From assembly GCA_963741955.1 (NCBI GenBank), contig CAVUKB010000007.1, positions 288,001 to 352,000 on the forward strand: a stretch of DNA of 64,000 nt, read 5' to 3'. This DNA comes from an uncultured Acidobacteriota bacterium (lineage in GTDB: Bacteria; Acidobacteriota; Thermoanaerobaculia; Gp7-AA8). A program made the position numbers and the translations under genes. Below, piece by piece: positions 1 to 9,460 of this stretch. The notes below the pieces were generated by a model. That model saw nothing but the letters and a program-made list of their open reading frames with translations, had not been told where the DNA came from and ran no database searches. Each line of letters starts with the position of its first letter. The stretch's first letter is position 1.

Positions 1-2319
1 TTCCATGAAGGCGAGCGAATCTTCGACTCCTGCAGCGTCCGGTTCTTCGAGAGTCGACTCTTCGTCGACGGGGAACTCCTCGTCAGAGACCTCCGCCGCG
101 GAGGGAAACTCCAGGGATTCGCCTTCGAGCGTTTCCGGTTCGAACGCAGGCTCTTCGAGCGGTGAAGCTTCCTGTTCGAATGCGATCCCCTCGTCGCCGC
201 CGGTGGGAAACTCGAAAGCAGGACTTTCGTCGGAAAGGGCGGGCTCTGCGGCGAGCTCCTCCGGCTCTTCGAGCTCCTCGATGGGTTCGATCGGTTCGAT
301 GGGTTCTTCGATCGGTTCTGACGTCTCGGCGACTTCGTCGGCCGGCTCGGGGAGCTCGACGTCGAACTCGATCTCACTCCCGGGAATCTCGTCGAGCGAG
401 ATCTCCGGAACGAGATCCTCTTCGGGGACTGGTTCGACCGAAGCGGGAGTGATCGGGATGTCGTCGAACGAGAGCGCATCGAGGTCGAATTCGACTTCTT
501 CCGGTTTCTCTTCTTCCGCCTCTTCCGGAAGCTCGATCTCGCTCTCGATCGTCAGTTCTTCTTCGGGAGCGGGAGAGACGGCGTCCACCTCTTCGGGTTC
601 CGACACTTTCTTCGGAGCTGCCGACGTCCGGCCGAGAGCCGCGGCGTCTCCGAAGCCGCGATTGGAGAGCTCGTGCTGCATCGTGCCGATCGCGTCGGTG
701 TCGCCCGCCTGACGAAGGACCTCGAAATACGAGCGCGCCGTTTCACTGACCTTCGTCGGGTCGCCGTCGTCCATGTGAATGCGAAGAAGCTTCTCGAGCG
801 CAGGGGCGTACGACGGGACACGGTCGATGATCATGCGGAGGTGCTCGACCGCTTTTTCAGACAGCCCGTACTTTGCGAAGACCTCGGCCTCGGTGATGTG
901 CTCGGTGATGAAGTCGAGATCCTCGTCGACCTCTGCGGGTTCGGCAGAAGCAGACGGGGAGGTGGGACGAGAAGGCGGTGGTTCAGGGGTGACCGAGTCG
1001 AGATCGAGATCGAGCGCCGGCGTTTCGTCCAGGTCGAGTGAAAGCTCCGGACTTTCCATCATGGAGGGGCGCTGCTCGACTGGCGCGGGTGCCGGCTGTT
1101 CGACGGTTCTCGGACGCGGCGCCGCAGGGCGCGCCGGTTCGGGAGCGCCGCCGATCTGCTGACGCACGAACGCGAGTTTTTCCTGATGCTGGGCATTCTC
1201 CGGTTCGCGCCCGACCAGATCTTCGAGCACTCTCTCCGCGTCCGAGAAATCCCCACGGGTGATGTGTGCCTCCGCGAGGCTGTTCATCGAAGCGAGGATA
1301 TTGGTCTCTTCATTGAGCTGGCGGTAGACCGAGACCAGTTTCTCGAGAGTCGGAATGTGGACGGAGTCGACTCTGAGGATGCGGTTGAGAATGTCGACGG
1401 CCGACCGGTCGCCTCTCGCGGCCGCCCCGTCCGCGATCGGAAAGATCAGATCTGCGGCGCGATCCGGCTCCTGCCGCTTGAGGTACAGCTCGGCGAGCGG
1501 CTCGCTGATCGAAGCGTCGCCCGGATTCGCCTGGTGTGCCTTCTGGAGAACGGTCTGTGCGGCCTGGAGGTCGCCCTTCGCGAGCTGTGCGCGTCCCAGG
1601 ACCGCGAGGAGTTTCGGGTGATCGCGATTCTTCTCCAGAGCACTCTGGAGGATCTGGATGGCATTGTCGTAGTCGCGCGCCTCGAGGAGTGTGGAGACCA
1701 GCGACTCGACCAGATCGGTGTTCGACGGGTCGATCTTCAGCGCCTTCTTGAAGACCTGGACCGCTTCGTCGATCATTCCGCGTTTGAGAAGGATCTTGCC
1801 GAGCCGGTCGTATTCCTTCAGCGCTTCAGCGGTCTGACCGTTCTGCGAATAGAGGTCGGCGAGCTTGACGTGAACGTTCACCGAGTTCGGGTCGAGCTCG
1901 GAGATCTTCCGGTACGTGCCGAGTGCGCCCGCGGTGTCGCCGTGTTTGAGATGGTAGTCGGCGAGGACCTGGTACTGGCTCTTGGCCTCCATCGCCAGCC
2001 CCTGCTTGGCGTAGAGGTCGGCGAGTTTCCCGTAGACGTCGAGGCGCGAAGGGTCGAGCTTGTTGATCTTCTTGTAGATCGCGATGGCCTTGAGGAAGAA
2101 GCCATCCCGGGAGTAATGGTCGGCAATCCGCGCGAAGACGTTGACCGCCTCGTCATTGCGGTTGATCCGGACCCAGAGGTCGCCGATCCGGTTCAGCGTG
2201 TTGACGTCATTCGGGTTCTCGTCGAGCAGGCGCTCGTACTCGCGAATCGCCGCTTCGACTTTGCCCTTCGCCACCAGCTTCTCGGCATTGGCAATGACTT
2301 TGTCCCTTTGAGCTGCCAT
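1..2319 (-). CDS. Large TPR protein with long acidic Glu/Pro-rich region, SgmX-like (3' end beyond window)
   Basis: Not in ORF track because it has no stop in the window. Manual translation from ATG 2319: MAAQRDKVIANAEKLVAKGKVEAAIREYERLLDENPND...DGFFLKAIAIYKKINKLDP; TPR periodicity; starts 10 nt after the rnhB stop. Confidence 0.8.
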   Translation of the reverse strand, partial: MAAQRDKVIANAEKLVAKGKVEAAIREYERLLDENPNDVNTLNRIGDLWVRINRNDEAVNVFARIADHYSRDGFFLKAIAIYKKINKLDPSRLDVYGKLADLYAKQGLAMEAKSQYQVLADYHLKHGDTAGALGTYRKISELDPNSVNVHVKLADLYSQNGQTAEALKEYDRLGKILLKRGMIDEAVQVFKKALKIDPSNTDLVESLVSTLLEARDYDNAIQILQSALEKNRDHPKLLAVLGRAQLAKGDLQAAQTVLQKAHQANPGDASISEPLAELYLKRQEPDRAADLIFPIADGAAARGDRSAVDILNRILRVDSVHIPTLEKLVSVYRQLNEETNILASMNSLAEAHITRGDFSDAERVLEDLVGREPENAQHQEKLAFVRQQIGGAPEPARPAAPRPRTVEQPAPAPVEQRPSMMESPELSLDLDETPALDLDLDSVTPEPPPSRPTSPSASAEPAEVDEDLDFITEHITEAEVFAKYGLSEKAVEHLRMIIDRVPSYAPALEKLLRIHMDDGDPTKVSETARSYFEVLRQAGDTDAIGTMQHELSNRGFGDAAALGRTSAAPKKVSEPEEVDAVSPAPEEELTIESEIELPEEAEEEKPEEVEFDLDALSFDDIPITPASVEPVPEEDLVPEISLDEIPGSEIEFDVELPEPADEVAETSEPIEEPIEPIEPIEELEEPEELAAEPALSDESPAFEFPTGGDEGIAFEQEASPLEEPAFEPETLEGESLEFPSAAEVSDEEFPVDEESTLEEPDAAGVEDSLAFME

Positions 2320-2329
2320 TGTCCTCGCT

Positions 2330-2938
2330 TCAATCGAACAGAGAAGATGAATCGGGAGACTTCGTGAACGTACGTCGGTGGATAGGCGTCAGGCCATGAC
2401 GCCGGATCGCCTCCATGTGCGTCTCCGTCCCATACCCCCGGTTGTTGATGAAATCATACTGCGGGTAAAGTCCATGATACGACTCCATGAGGAGGTCGCG
2501 ATAGACCTTCGCCACGATCGAAGCGGCCGCGATCGAAACGCTCCGGCGGTCTCCATGGATCAACGGAAGCTGGGGCATGTGGAGAGTTTCGATGAAGACG
2601 GCATCGAGAAGCAACATCTCGGGGCGGCGGGTGAGGTTCTCCACCGCCTGACGCATCGCGAGTTTGCTCGCCTGGAGAATGTTCCAGCGGTCGATTGCTT
2701 CGGGTTCGACGACGCCGACGGCGGCCGCGCGTGCGCGGCCGAGGATCAATCGGCAGAGTGTCGCCCGGTCCGCCGGCGTCAGTTGCTTCGAGTCGTGAAC
2801 TCCGAGGACTGCGGCCTCGGGGTCGAGTATGACGGCAGCCGCGACGACCGGACCTGCGAGGCAGCCGCGACCGACTTCGTCCGTTCCTGCAATGAGGCGG
2901 AATCCGCGGAAACGCAACTCACGCTCCACGGATCCCAT
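2330..2938 (-). CDS. rnhB: Ribonuclease HII
   Basis: GTDEVGRGCLAGPVVAAAV, DSKQL, SIAAASIVAKVYRD, HRRTF motifs; canonical position after rplS; start uncertain. Confidence 0.95.
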   Translation of the reverse strand: MGSVERELRFRGFRLIAGTDEVGRGCLAGPVVAAAVILDPEAAVLGVHDSKQLTPADRATLCRLILGRARAAAVGVVEPEAIDRWNILQASKLAMRQAVENLTRRPEMLLLDAVFIETLHMPQLPLIHGDRRSVSIAAASIVAKVYRDLLMESYHGLYPQYDFINNRGYGTETHMEAIRRHGLTPIHRRTFTKSPDSSSLFD

Positions 2939-3008
2939 TTCGGCCAGGCGAGCCAGCTCGCTCAGGAGCGAGCCGTGCAGGCCGGCCGCAACGCGATTGT
3001 TCGCACTC

Positions 3009-3359
3009 TTACCGCGGGCGCCGCTCTTCGATCCTCGCTGCCTTCCCCCGGAGCGCGCGGAGGTAGTAGAGCTTCGCTCTCCGAACCCGACCATGCCGTT
3101 CCACCTCGATCCGATCAATCGTCGGCGAGTAGAGGGGAAACATCCGCTCGACCCCGACGCCTCCGGAGACCTTGCGGACGGTGAACATCTCCCGCGACCC
3201 GCCGCCGCGGCGCGAGATCACCACGCCCTGGAAGATCTGGATGCGCTCTTTCTCGCCTTCTCTGACCTTGACGTGAACCTTGATAGTGTCCCCGGGAGCG
3301 AATTGCGGGATCGACTTGTTCGTCTCTGCCGATTCGACCAATTTCATGATGTCAGCCAT
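3009..3359 (-). CDS. rplS: 50S ribosomal protein L19
   Basis: [26 protein letters not shown]...[12 protein letters not shown]; SD upstream. Confidence 0.98.
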   Translation of the reverse strand: MADIMKLVESAETNKSIPQFAPGDTIKVHVKVREGEKERIQIFQGVVISRRGGGSREMFTVRKVSGGVGVERMFPLYSPTIDRIEVERHGRVRRAKLYYLRALRGKAARIEERRPR

Positions 3360-3433
3360 GTTGACTACCTTCCTCGAAGTATTGCAGGAAACAGCGCAGA
3401 AGTTTCCTAGGATCGCTTATTTTGCAGTTCGAA

Positions 3434-4888
3434 TCAACGTCCGGGATCAGTGTCCGACTCCGGCTTTCCCTTTTCCTGGCGGATCTTCTCGAGCATCTCC
3501 CGCGCTTCTTCGTCCAGATCCGCCGTTTCGAGCAGATCCGGACGCTTCCGAAGAGTCGCCCGGAGCGCCTCTTCTTTTCGCCAGATTCGGATCTTTTCGA
3601 AGTGTCCGGAGAGGAGGACCTCGGGAACCGACCTCCCGCGCCACTCGGATGGCCGCGTATAGTGCGGGTGGTCGAGCAGCCCGTTATAAAACGAATCGGC
3701 CTCGACCGAATTCCTGTCTCCCACCACTCCTTCGATCATTCTTCCCGTGGCGTCGAGAACGAGCATCGCCGGGAGCTCACCCCCCGAGACGACGAAGTCA
3801 CCGACCGAGATCTCTTCGTCGACCAGTTCCTCCAGGACCCGCTCGTCGATCCCTTCGTACCGCCCACAGAGGAGGACCACCCATCCATGGCCGGCGAGGC
3901 GGGCCGCATCTTCCTGCCGGAAGAGCTTTCCCTGCGGAGAGAGCATCACTACGTGGGGGGCCTGGTTCGGAGGACCGGCCTCACGGATCGATTCGATGGA
4001 ACGGTAGATCGGCTCCGCGAGCATCACCATTCCCGCTCCGCCGCCATACGCTTCGTCGTCCGTGCTCCGGTGCCGGTCGGTCGTCGAGTCGCGCAGGTCG
4101 TGCACCTCGACCCGGAGGAGTCCCTGCCGGATCCCACGGCTGATGACACCCTCGGCGAGGAAAGAGTCGAACATCCGTGGGAAGATCGTGATCACGTCGA
4201 CACGCAGCGCAGTTTCGACTCCGGTCGGGGCAGACGGCTCCGTCTCCGATGTCGTACGGGCTCCGGCACTCTCTCCCGTGTAGCCGTCCAGGCGCTCCTC
4301 GACCTTCCCATCCTCATCACTCTCGGGTCGGTCGAGATCCTCGAGCCCTTCCGGGAGGTCGACTTCGATGAAACCCTCCTCCGGAGCGATGCGGGTGCAG
4401 ATCGCGGAGACGAACGGGATCTCGAGCGGCCTCCGGCCGGGGCGCCCGACCTGGAGTAGGATTCCGCCCCCTCCCTCCGTGGTGGCGGAGACGCTGCCGA
4501 GCACGGTTCCTTCGGAATCGCGCACCTCGAGCCCTTCGAGATCGTGAAGGAAGTACTCGCCCGGATCGAGCGGGCGCGCTTCTTCTTCGGGGATCTCGAC
4601 ACTCCAGTCGCGAAGCTCGCGGAGCTGCTCGGGCGAATCGATTCCCTCGAAGTGGACCAGCTCGCGATCTCCGTGAGGACGGGACGATGCGATCGATGCG
4701 GCGCGGAGGAGGTCCCGGTCGGGGGAAACGAGGAAAACCCGGCCGAGCTCACGGAACCGATCGGGTGAGTCGGTGAGAGGCTCGACGCTCGCTTCTCCGC
4801 GGACGCCGTGCGCGCGGCGGATCACTCCGAGCGCGATGAGCTCATCGGGATTCGGCAGGGACGGTGACTCACTCCGGCGTCGAGGCAT
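3434..4888 (-). CDS. rimM-trmD: RimM-TrmD fusion (16S rRNA processing factor plus tRNA m1G37 methyltransferase)
   Basis: N-half LGVIRRAHGVRGE...EYFLHDLEGLEV...EIPFV (RimM); about 40-aa linker; C-half RVDVITIFP, YGGGAGMVM, CGRYEGIDER, SVGDFVVSGGE, HYTRP (TrmD); single 484-aa ORF. Confidence 0.93.
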   Translation of the reverse strand: MPRRRSESPSLPNPDELIALGVIRRAHGVRGEASVEPLTDSPDRFRELGRVFLVSPDRDLLRAASIASSRPHGDRELVHFEGIDSPEQLRELRDWSVEIPEEEARPLDPGEYFLHDLEGLEVRDSEGTVLGSVSATTEGGGGILLQVGRPGRRPLEIPFVSAICTRIAPEEGFIEVDLPEGLEDLDRPESDEDGKVEERLDGYTGESAGARTTSETEPSAPTGVETALRVDVITIFPRMFDSFLAEGVISRGIRQGLLRVEVHDLRDSTTDRHRSTDDEAYGGGAGMVMLAEPIYRSIESIREAGPPNQAPHVVMLSPQGKLFRQEDAARLAGHGWVVLLCGRYEGIDERVLEELVDEEISVGDFVVSGGELPAMLVLDATGRMIEGVVGDRNSVEADSFYNGLLDHPHYTRPSEWRGRSVPEVLLSGHFEKIRIWRKEEALRATLRKRPDLLETADLDEEAREMLEKIRQEKGKPESDTDPGR

Positions 4889-4906
4889 GACAGGACTCCG
4901 GGAGGA

Positions 4907-5137
4907 TCAGTCGATGATTTCGAGCTGAAAGCGGCGGCCTTCGCGGGATCCGGCCGCGGAGAGGACGTTTCGAATCGCGCGGGCGGTGCGCCCCTGCCGT
5001 CCGATCACCTTACCCAGATCGTCGGCAGCGACGCGCAGCTCGAAGATCGTCGTCTGGCCCCGCTGGACCTCGTCGATCTCCACCTGGTCGGGATGGTCGA
5101 CCAGGGACCGCGCGATGAACTCCACCAACTGCTTCAT
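4907..5137 (-). CDS. khpA: KH-domain RNA-binding protein KhpA
   Basis: LVDHPDQV...DLGKVIGRQGRTARAIR; synteny between rpsP and rimM. Confidence 0.93.
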   Translation of the reverse strand: MKQLVEFIARSLVDHPDQVEIDEVQRGQTTIFELRVAADDLGKVIGRQGRTARAIRNVLSAAGSREGRRFQLEIID

Positions 5138-5143
5138 CGAGCG

Positions 5144-5374
5144 TCAGACCTTCTTGACGATCGACCGAACCGTGTCGGAAAGTTTTGCGCCCTTGTTCAC
5201 CCAGTAGTTGAGCCGATCCTTGTCGAGCTCGATCACTGCGGGGTTCTTCTTCGGGTCGTAGTAGCCGATCTGCTCCACGGTCGCGGCACTCGGGGTCCGC
5301 TGGGAATCCGAGACCACGATCCGGTAGAACGGCGAGTGCGTTGCGCCTTGCCGGCGCAAGCGGATCTTCAACAT
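5144..5374 (-). CDS. rpsP: 30S ribosomal protein S16
   Basis: MLKIRLRRQG...PFYRIVVSDS...IGYYDP...GAKLSDTV; ATG 5374 with AAGGAG SD. Confidence 0.97.
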   Translation of the reverse strand: MLKIRLRRQGATHSPFYRIVVSDSQRTPSAATVEQIGYYDPKKNPAVIELDKDRLNYWVNKGAKLSDTVRSIVKKV

Positions 5375-5451
5375 CGAGAGCTCCTTCTTTCGGACTTCAA
5401 ATTCGTCGGCGAGAGTACTGCGACTCCGCAATTTCGCAATTAACCCCGGCC

Positions 5452-6801
5452 CTAACGCAACAATTCCGGGGGGATATTCTTCGTCATCCGGGCGAACTTC
5501 CGGGGTCCCAGTCCCTTGGAGAACGTCTTCATCATCTTCTTCATTGCAAGATACTGCTTGAGCAGCACGTTCACCTGCTGCACCGTGGTGCCGGCTCCCC
5601 GGGCGATCCGCTTCTTGCGCGATCCATTCAGGAGCTGTGGGTACTCCCTCTCCCTGGCCGTCATGGAGCTGAGGATCGCCTCCATCCGGACGATGGCCTT
5701 CTCGTCGACGTCACCTTCGTTCATCTTGTTCAAGCCGCCGACGTTCGGAAGCATCCCCACCAGCTGGGAGAGAGGGCCCATCTTCCGGAGCTGCTGGAGC
5801 TGCATCCGGAGATCCTCGAGGGTGAACTTGTCCTTCGCAATCCGCCTGGCGAGCCGCTCGGCGTCTTTCTGATCGACTTCGGATTCGACCTTTTCGATCA
5901 GCGAGAGCATGTCACCCATCCCGAGAATTCGGGTGGCGACGCGGTCGGGATAGTAGAGGTCCAGATCGACGTACTTTTCACCGACACCGACGAGCTTGAT
6001 GGGCCGGTGGACGACCGACTTGATCGAGAGCGCGGCGCCTCCGCGGGCGTCGCCATCCATCTTGGTGAGGACGATTCCGGTCACGCCGAGCCGGTCGTCG
6101 AACTCTTTGGCCGACTTGACCGCGTCCTGTCCGGTCATCGCGTCGGCCACGAAGAGGATCTCCGACGGCTGGACCTGATCGCGGATCGACTGGAGCTCCT
6201 GCATCAGCTCCTCGTCGATGTGGAGACGTCCCGCGGTGTCGAGGATCACCGTGTCGTAGAGGAGCGTCCGAGCTTCCTTGATGGCGTCGGTCGCGATGCG
6301 CAAAGGATCGCGGTTCTCGCCGATCTCGAAGAACGGAGTCCTGGTGTCCTGCGCGACGATCCGGAGCTGGTCGATCGCTGCGGGGCGGTAGACGTCACAG
6401 GGGACGAGCAGTGGCCGCCGGCCGCGATTCTTCAGATGCAGAGCGAGCTTGCCCGACGTGGTCGTCTTGCCCGAGCCCTGAAGGCCGGCCATCATCACCA
6501 CGGCGGGTGTCCCGACCAGCGCAAGGCCCACCTGCTCCCCGCCGAGGAGCTCCTGGAGCTCGTCCCGGACGATCTTGAGGACCTGCTGGGAGGGAGAGAA
6601 CGCGGTCAGGACTTCCTGTCCGACTGCCTTTTCCCGCACTCTTCCGGTGAATTCCTTGACGACCTTGAAATGGACATCCGCCTCGAGGAGAGCCACGCGG
6701 ATCTCCTTGAGGGCATTGTCGATGTGCCATTCGTTGAGGACCGCCTCCCCCCGAAGGGTCTTGAAGGTACGGTCCATCCGTTCCTGTAGGTTTTCGAACA
6801 T
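5452..6801 (-). CDS. ffh: Signal recognition particle protein Ffh
   Basis: MFENLQERM, ALLEADV, GLQGSGKTT, DTAGR, TKMDGDARGGAALS, Met-rich M domain. Confidence 0.98.
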   Translation of the reverse strand: MFENLQERMDRTFKTLRGEAVLNEWHIDNALKEIRVALLEADVHFKVVKEFTGRVREKAVGQEVLTAFSPSQQVLKIVRDELQELLGGEQVGLALVGTPAVVMMAGLQGSGKTTTSGKLALHLKNRGRRPLLVPCDVYRPAAIDQLRIVAQDTRTPFFEIGENRDPLRIATDAIKEARTLLYDTVILDTAGRLHIDEELMQELQSIRDQVQPSEILFVADAMTGQDAVKSAKEFDDRLGVTGIVLTKMDGDARGGAALSIKSVVHRPIKLVGVGEKYVDLDLYYPDRVATRILGMGDMLSLIEKVESEVDQKDAERLARRIAKDKFTLEDLRMQLQQLRKMGPLSQLVGMLPNVGGLNKMNEGDVDEKAIVRMEAILSSMTAREREYPQLLNGSRKKRIARGAGTTVQQVNVLLKQYLAMKKMMKTFSKGLGPRKFARMTKNIPPELLR

Positions 6802-6963
6802 CGTCAGAGGAAAACGCCGGGGAGGCGAAAATAATCCGCCGATACGCGCAGGAGTCTGCGCGGACTTCTGGGCGGGCGCGGTAGTGTACGGGATGGAGGA
6901 ACGCGCGGTCAACGAGACGGCGGATACGATGCACGACCCCGCTGTCTCATCCCGTTCGCAGCC

Positions 6964-7548
6964 TTACTGCAGCAGTTCGACTTCCCAGTACGCCTCGTCG
7001 AGGAAATTCTTCCACGTCTCGGGGAGATGCCTCCCGGTGAGCTGCCGCAGCGGGTGCCAGCGCGGCTTCTCCGGTCGTTTGATCGGCTGAAGTCCGCACT
7101 CCGAAGGGAGTTTGTTCCCTTTTCGGACATTGCAGGGGAGGCACGCGCAGACCACGTTGTCCCACGTCGACTTCCCGCCGCGGGAGATCGGGACCACGTG
7201 GTCGAGAGAGAGCTCGGATGACGAAAAGCGCTTCCCGCAATACTGGCAGCGGTTTCCGTCCCGGAGGTAGATGTTTCCGCGGGAGAATTTCACTTCCTGG
7301 CGAGGCATCCGGTCGAAAGTGAGGAGCTGGATCACCTCGGGGACGACGATCTGCCGGGTCGGAGTGGTGACGTGCTGATGGTACGGCTGAGCGGGGATAT
7401 CCTGCCAGTTTTCGAAGTCGTACGTGGTGTAGTCGGGAGCGACCGCCCGCACGTGACCGGTGTAGAGAAGGGTCAGAGCCCGCCGGACAGAAGTGATCTG
7501 AATGGCCTGAAAAACGCGGTTCAGAACGAGTACGTGTCCGTCGAGCAT
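6964..7548 (-). CDS. HNH endonuclease (McrA-like, VLVLN family)
   Basis: VLVLN N-terminus; RDGNRCQYCG...DHVVPISRGGKSTWDNVVCACLPCNVRKG. Confidence 0.92.
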   Translation of the reverse strand: MLDGHVLVLNRVFQAIQITSVRRALTLLYTGHVRAVAPDYTTYDFENWQDIPAQPYHQHVTTPTRQIVVPEVIQLLTFDRMPRQEVKFSRGNIYLRDGNRCQYCGKRFSSSELSLDHVVPISRGGKSTWDNVVCACLPCNVRKGNKLPSECGLQPIKRPEKPRWHPLRQLTGRHLPETWKNFLDEAYWEVELLQ

Positions 7549-7853
7549 TGCACTTCCCTCAACACTCGACAGTGGCGACTCTGTTCCGAATGCCACCTGC
7601 TGCTGTTCTCAGCATGTCCAATGATAGCATCCCCCGGACGGGCCCGTCATGGGCCAATTGGTGCCAAGCACTTGAAAAAGCGGACGTTTTGGGCGATATT
7701 CTCAGTCTGGCTAATCAGGGATGAGTCGACGTGAGTCTCTGAACCCGGAGCGAGGACTCACTTTTCATGTTGTGTGAGCCGACTCGGGAATCATCAGCGA
7801 GTGCTGGTGATATTCACGAGCGGCGCTGTTCGGGGTGGTTTTGGGAGGAAAAC

Positions 7854-9347
7854 ATGCGCGTGTTCCGGTTGTTCCTGCTCGGTGCCCTTCTCTGCACGGC
7901 TGCGGCCGTACCGATGTTTGCAGATCATCTCGAGCCGAACTGTCCGCTCAGTTACATCGGGGGGACGAGTGCGGCCACGGCTTTCGGCCAATCGCCCCAC
8001 GCCGTGTTCCGTAACGGCTCGATGGTTTACTTCCTCCGCGGGCAGACTCTCACCACGTACTCCACGGACGACGTGGGCGAGATTCAGGTCGCTCGTCAGG
8101 ACTTCATGAGCGATCTCGCGGCGCGCGACCCGGACGGAGGGGTGGCCTTCAACAACGGCTTTCTCTTCGTCAGCAGCGACGCCGGCCTCGAGATTTACGA
8201 TCTCCGGAACGTTCGTGCGGGAGGAGCCCCTCCGGTTCTCGTTTCGCGCACTCCCGGATTGCATTACCGCCGGCTCGCGGTCTCGGGAAATCTTCTGGTC
8301 GGGCTCTACCCGATGACGGATATGCCGTGCCTTCCGCGGATTCCCGGCTCGAATACGAATCCCAACCCCGAGTGCACGAACTCGCTCGACATCTGGAGCA
8401 TCGCGGATATGACCGCGCCGGCTCTGATGTCGCAGATTCCGTCCACGTCGCCGTTCTACGGCTTCAATGACGTCGCGTGGGCCAACGGATATCTCTACGC
8501 CACGGGCGTCGGTGGAACCTGGGCATTCGACCTGAGCGACGCTTCGAAGCCGCGACTGGCCTATGGGAACGGCGTGGCCGGAACGTTCCTCGCCACGAAC
8601 GGAACGAATTTCCTCGCGATCGGGCAGGACAAACAGATCGGAGTTTTCCTCGTCGGACCGGCTTACCAGCTCGGCTACTTCGGTGTGTATCCGCTCCCTG
8701 CCGTCTTCGACCGGAGCAATGACATCGTCTTCCACCCCGAGGCTTACATCGACTCGCAGCGGCTGATCACGATGGTGGACGAGCGGGATCCCGCCACCGG
8801 TGACTCCGCTCGGACGCTCGCATTCGACGTCTTCGACTTTTCGATCCCCATCTGGGAAGGTCGGGAGCACGCGTACTACGAGAACGTCAGTCTGACTCAG
8901 CCCGACGAAAGGAAGTTCGATCCGATCGCGGTCGGCCCGTACGTCTACGTGATCGGTGAGATCAGCGGACTCCAGACCTGGGGTGCATGCGGCACGATGG
9001 CCGGAGCAATCGATTTCCGCAACCTCGGGCAATTCACCTGCGGCGGCTCCGAAGTCCACGGCTGGGTCACCTCGTCGAACAAGATCACGCAGGTCCAGCT
9101 GTATCTCGATTCGACACTTCTCGGCTCGGCTACCCTCGGCAGTGCGCGTCAGGACGTGAGCTCACGGACTCCGGCGACCGCCTGGAATCTCAGCGTGAAC
9201 CTCGACGACACGGCTCAGGGAGTGCACACTCTGCGTGCCGTCGGAACGGACGTGAATGGCAATACGCGCCAGTTTGCGAGTCGCGACGTCTACTTCTACG
9301 GCCCGGGACACAACTGCACCAGCCGGCGTCGTGGAACCAAGCGCTGA
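7854..9347 (+). CDS. Secreted beta-propeller (LVIVD-like) protein with C-terminal Ig-like domain and Arg-rich tail
   Basis: GGAGG SD, signal peptide MRVFRLFLLGALLCTAAAVPMFA, repeats like GLEIYDLRN / LDIWSIADM / TWAFDLSD, Ig-like GVHTLRAVGTDVNGN, ends SRRRGTKR. Confidence 0.75.
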   Translation: MRVFRLFLLGALLCTAAAVPMFADHLEPNCPLSYIGGTSAATAFGQSPHAVFRNGSMVYFLRGQTLTTYSTDDVGEIQVARQDFMSDLAARDPDGGVAFNNGFLFVSSDAGLEIYDLRNVRAGGAPPVLVSRTPGLHYRRLAVSGNLLVGLYPMTDMPCLPRIPGSNTNPNPECTNSLDIWSIADMTAPALMSQIPSTSPFYGFNDVAWANGYLYATGVGGTWAFDLSDASKPRLAYGNGVAGTFLATNGTNFLAIGQDKQIGVFLVGPAYQLGYFGVYPLPAVFDRSNDIVFHPEAYIDSQRLITMVDERDPATGDSARTLAFDVFDFSIPIWEGREHAYYENVSLTQPDERKFDPIAVGPYVYVIGEISGLQTWGACGTMAGAIDFRNLGQFTCGGSEVHGWVTSSNKITQVQLYLDSTLLGSATLGSARQDVSSRTPATAWNLSVNLDDTAQGVHTLRAVGTDVNGNTRQFASRDVYFYGPGHNCTSRRRGTKR

Positions 9348-9367
9348 TCCATCTTCATCGAAACGAG

Positions 9368-9393
9368 AAAGCCCCGCTTCGGCGGGGCTTTTC
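9368..9393. terminator. Bidirectional intrinsic terminator
   Basis: AAAGCCCCGC-TTCG-GCGGGGCTTT perfect stem between convergent genes. Confidence 0.9.
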
Positions 9394-9460
9394 TGTTTCC
9401 GGAGCTCGCAGCGACGCAGCTCGCGCGTCCCGCTCGAGTCCCCGATGTGTCACGCGCGAA

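Noticed and set aside
5-712. Ser-rich 235-aa plus-strand ORF
   Set aside because: Antisense shadow of the Glu-rich region of the minus-strand TPR gene.
6810-6960. SRP (4.5S) RNA beside ffh
   Set aside because: The conserved TCAGG...GGAAG...AGCAG core was not found.
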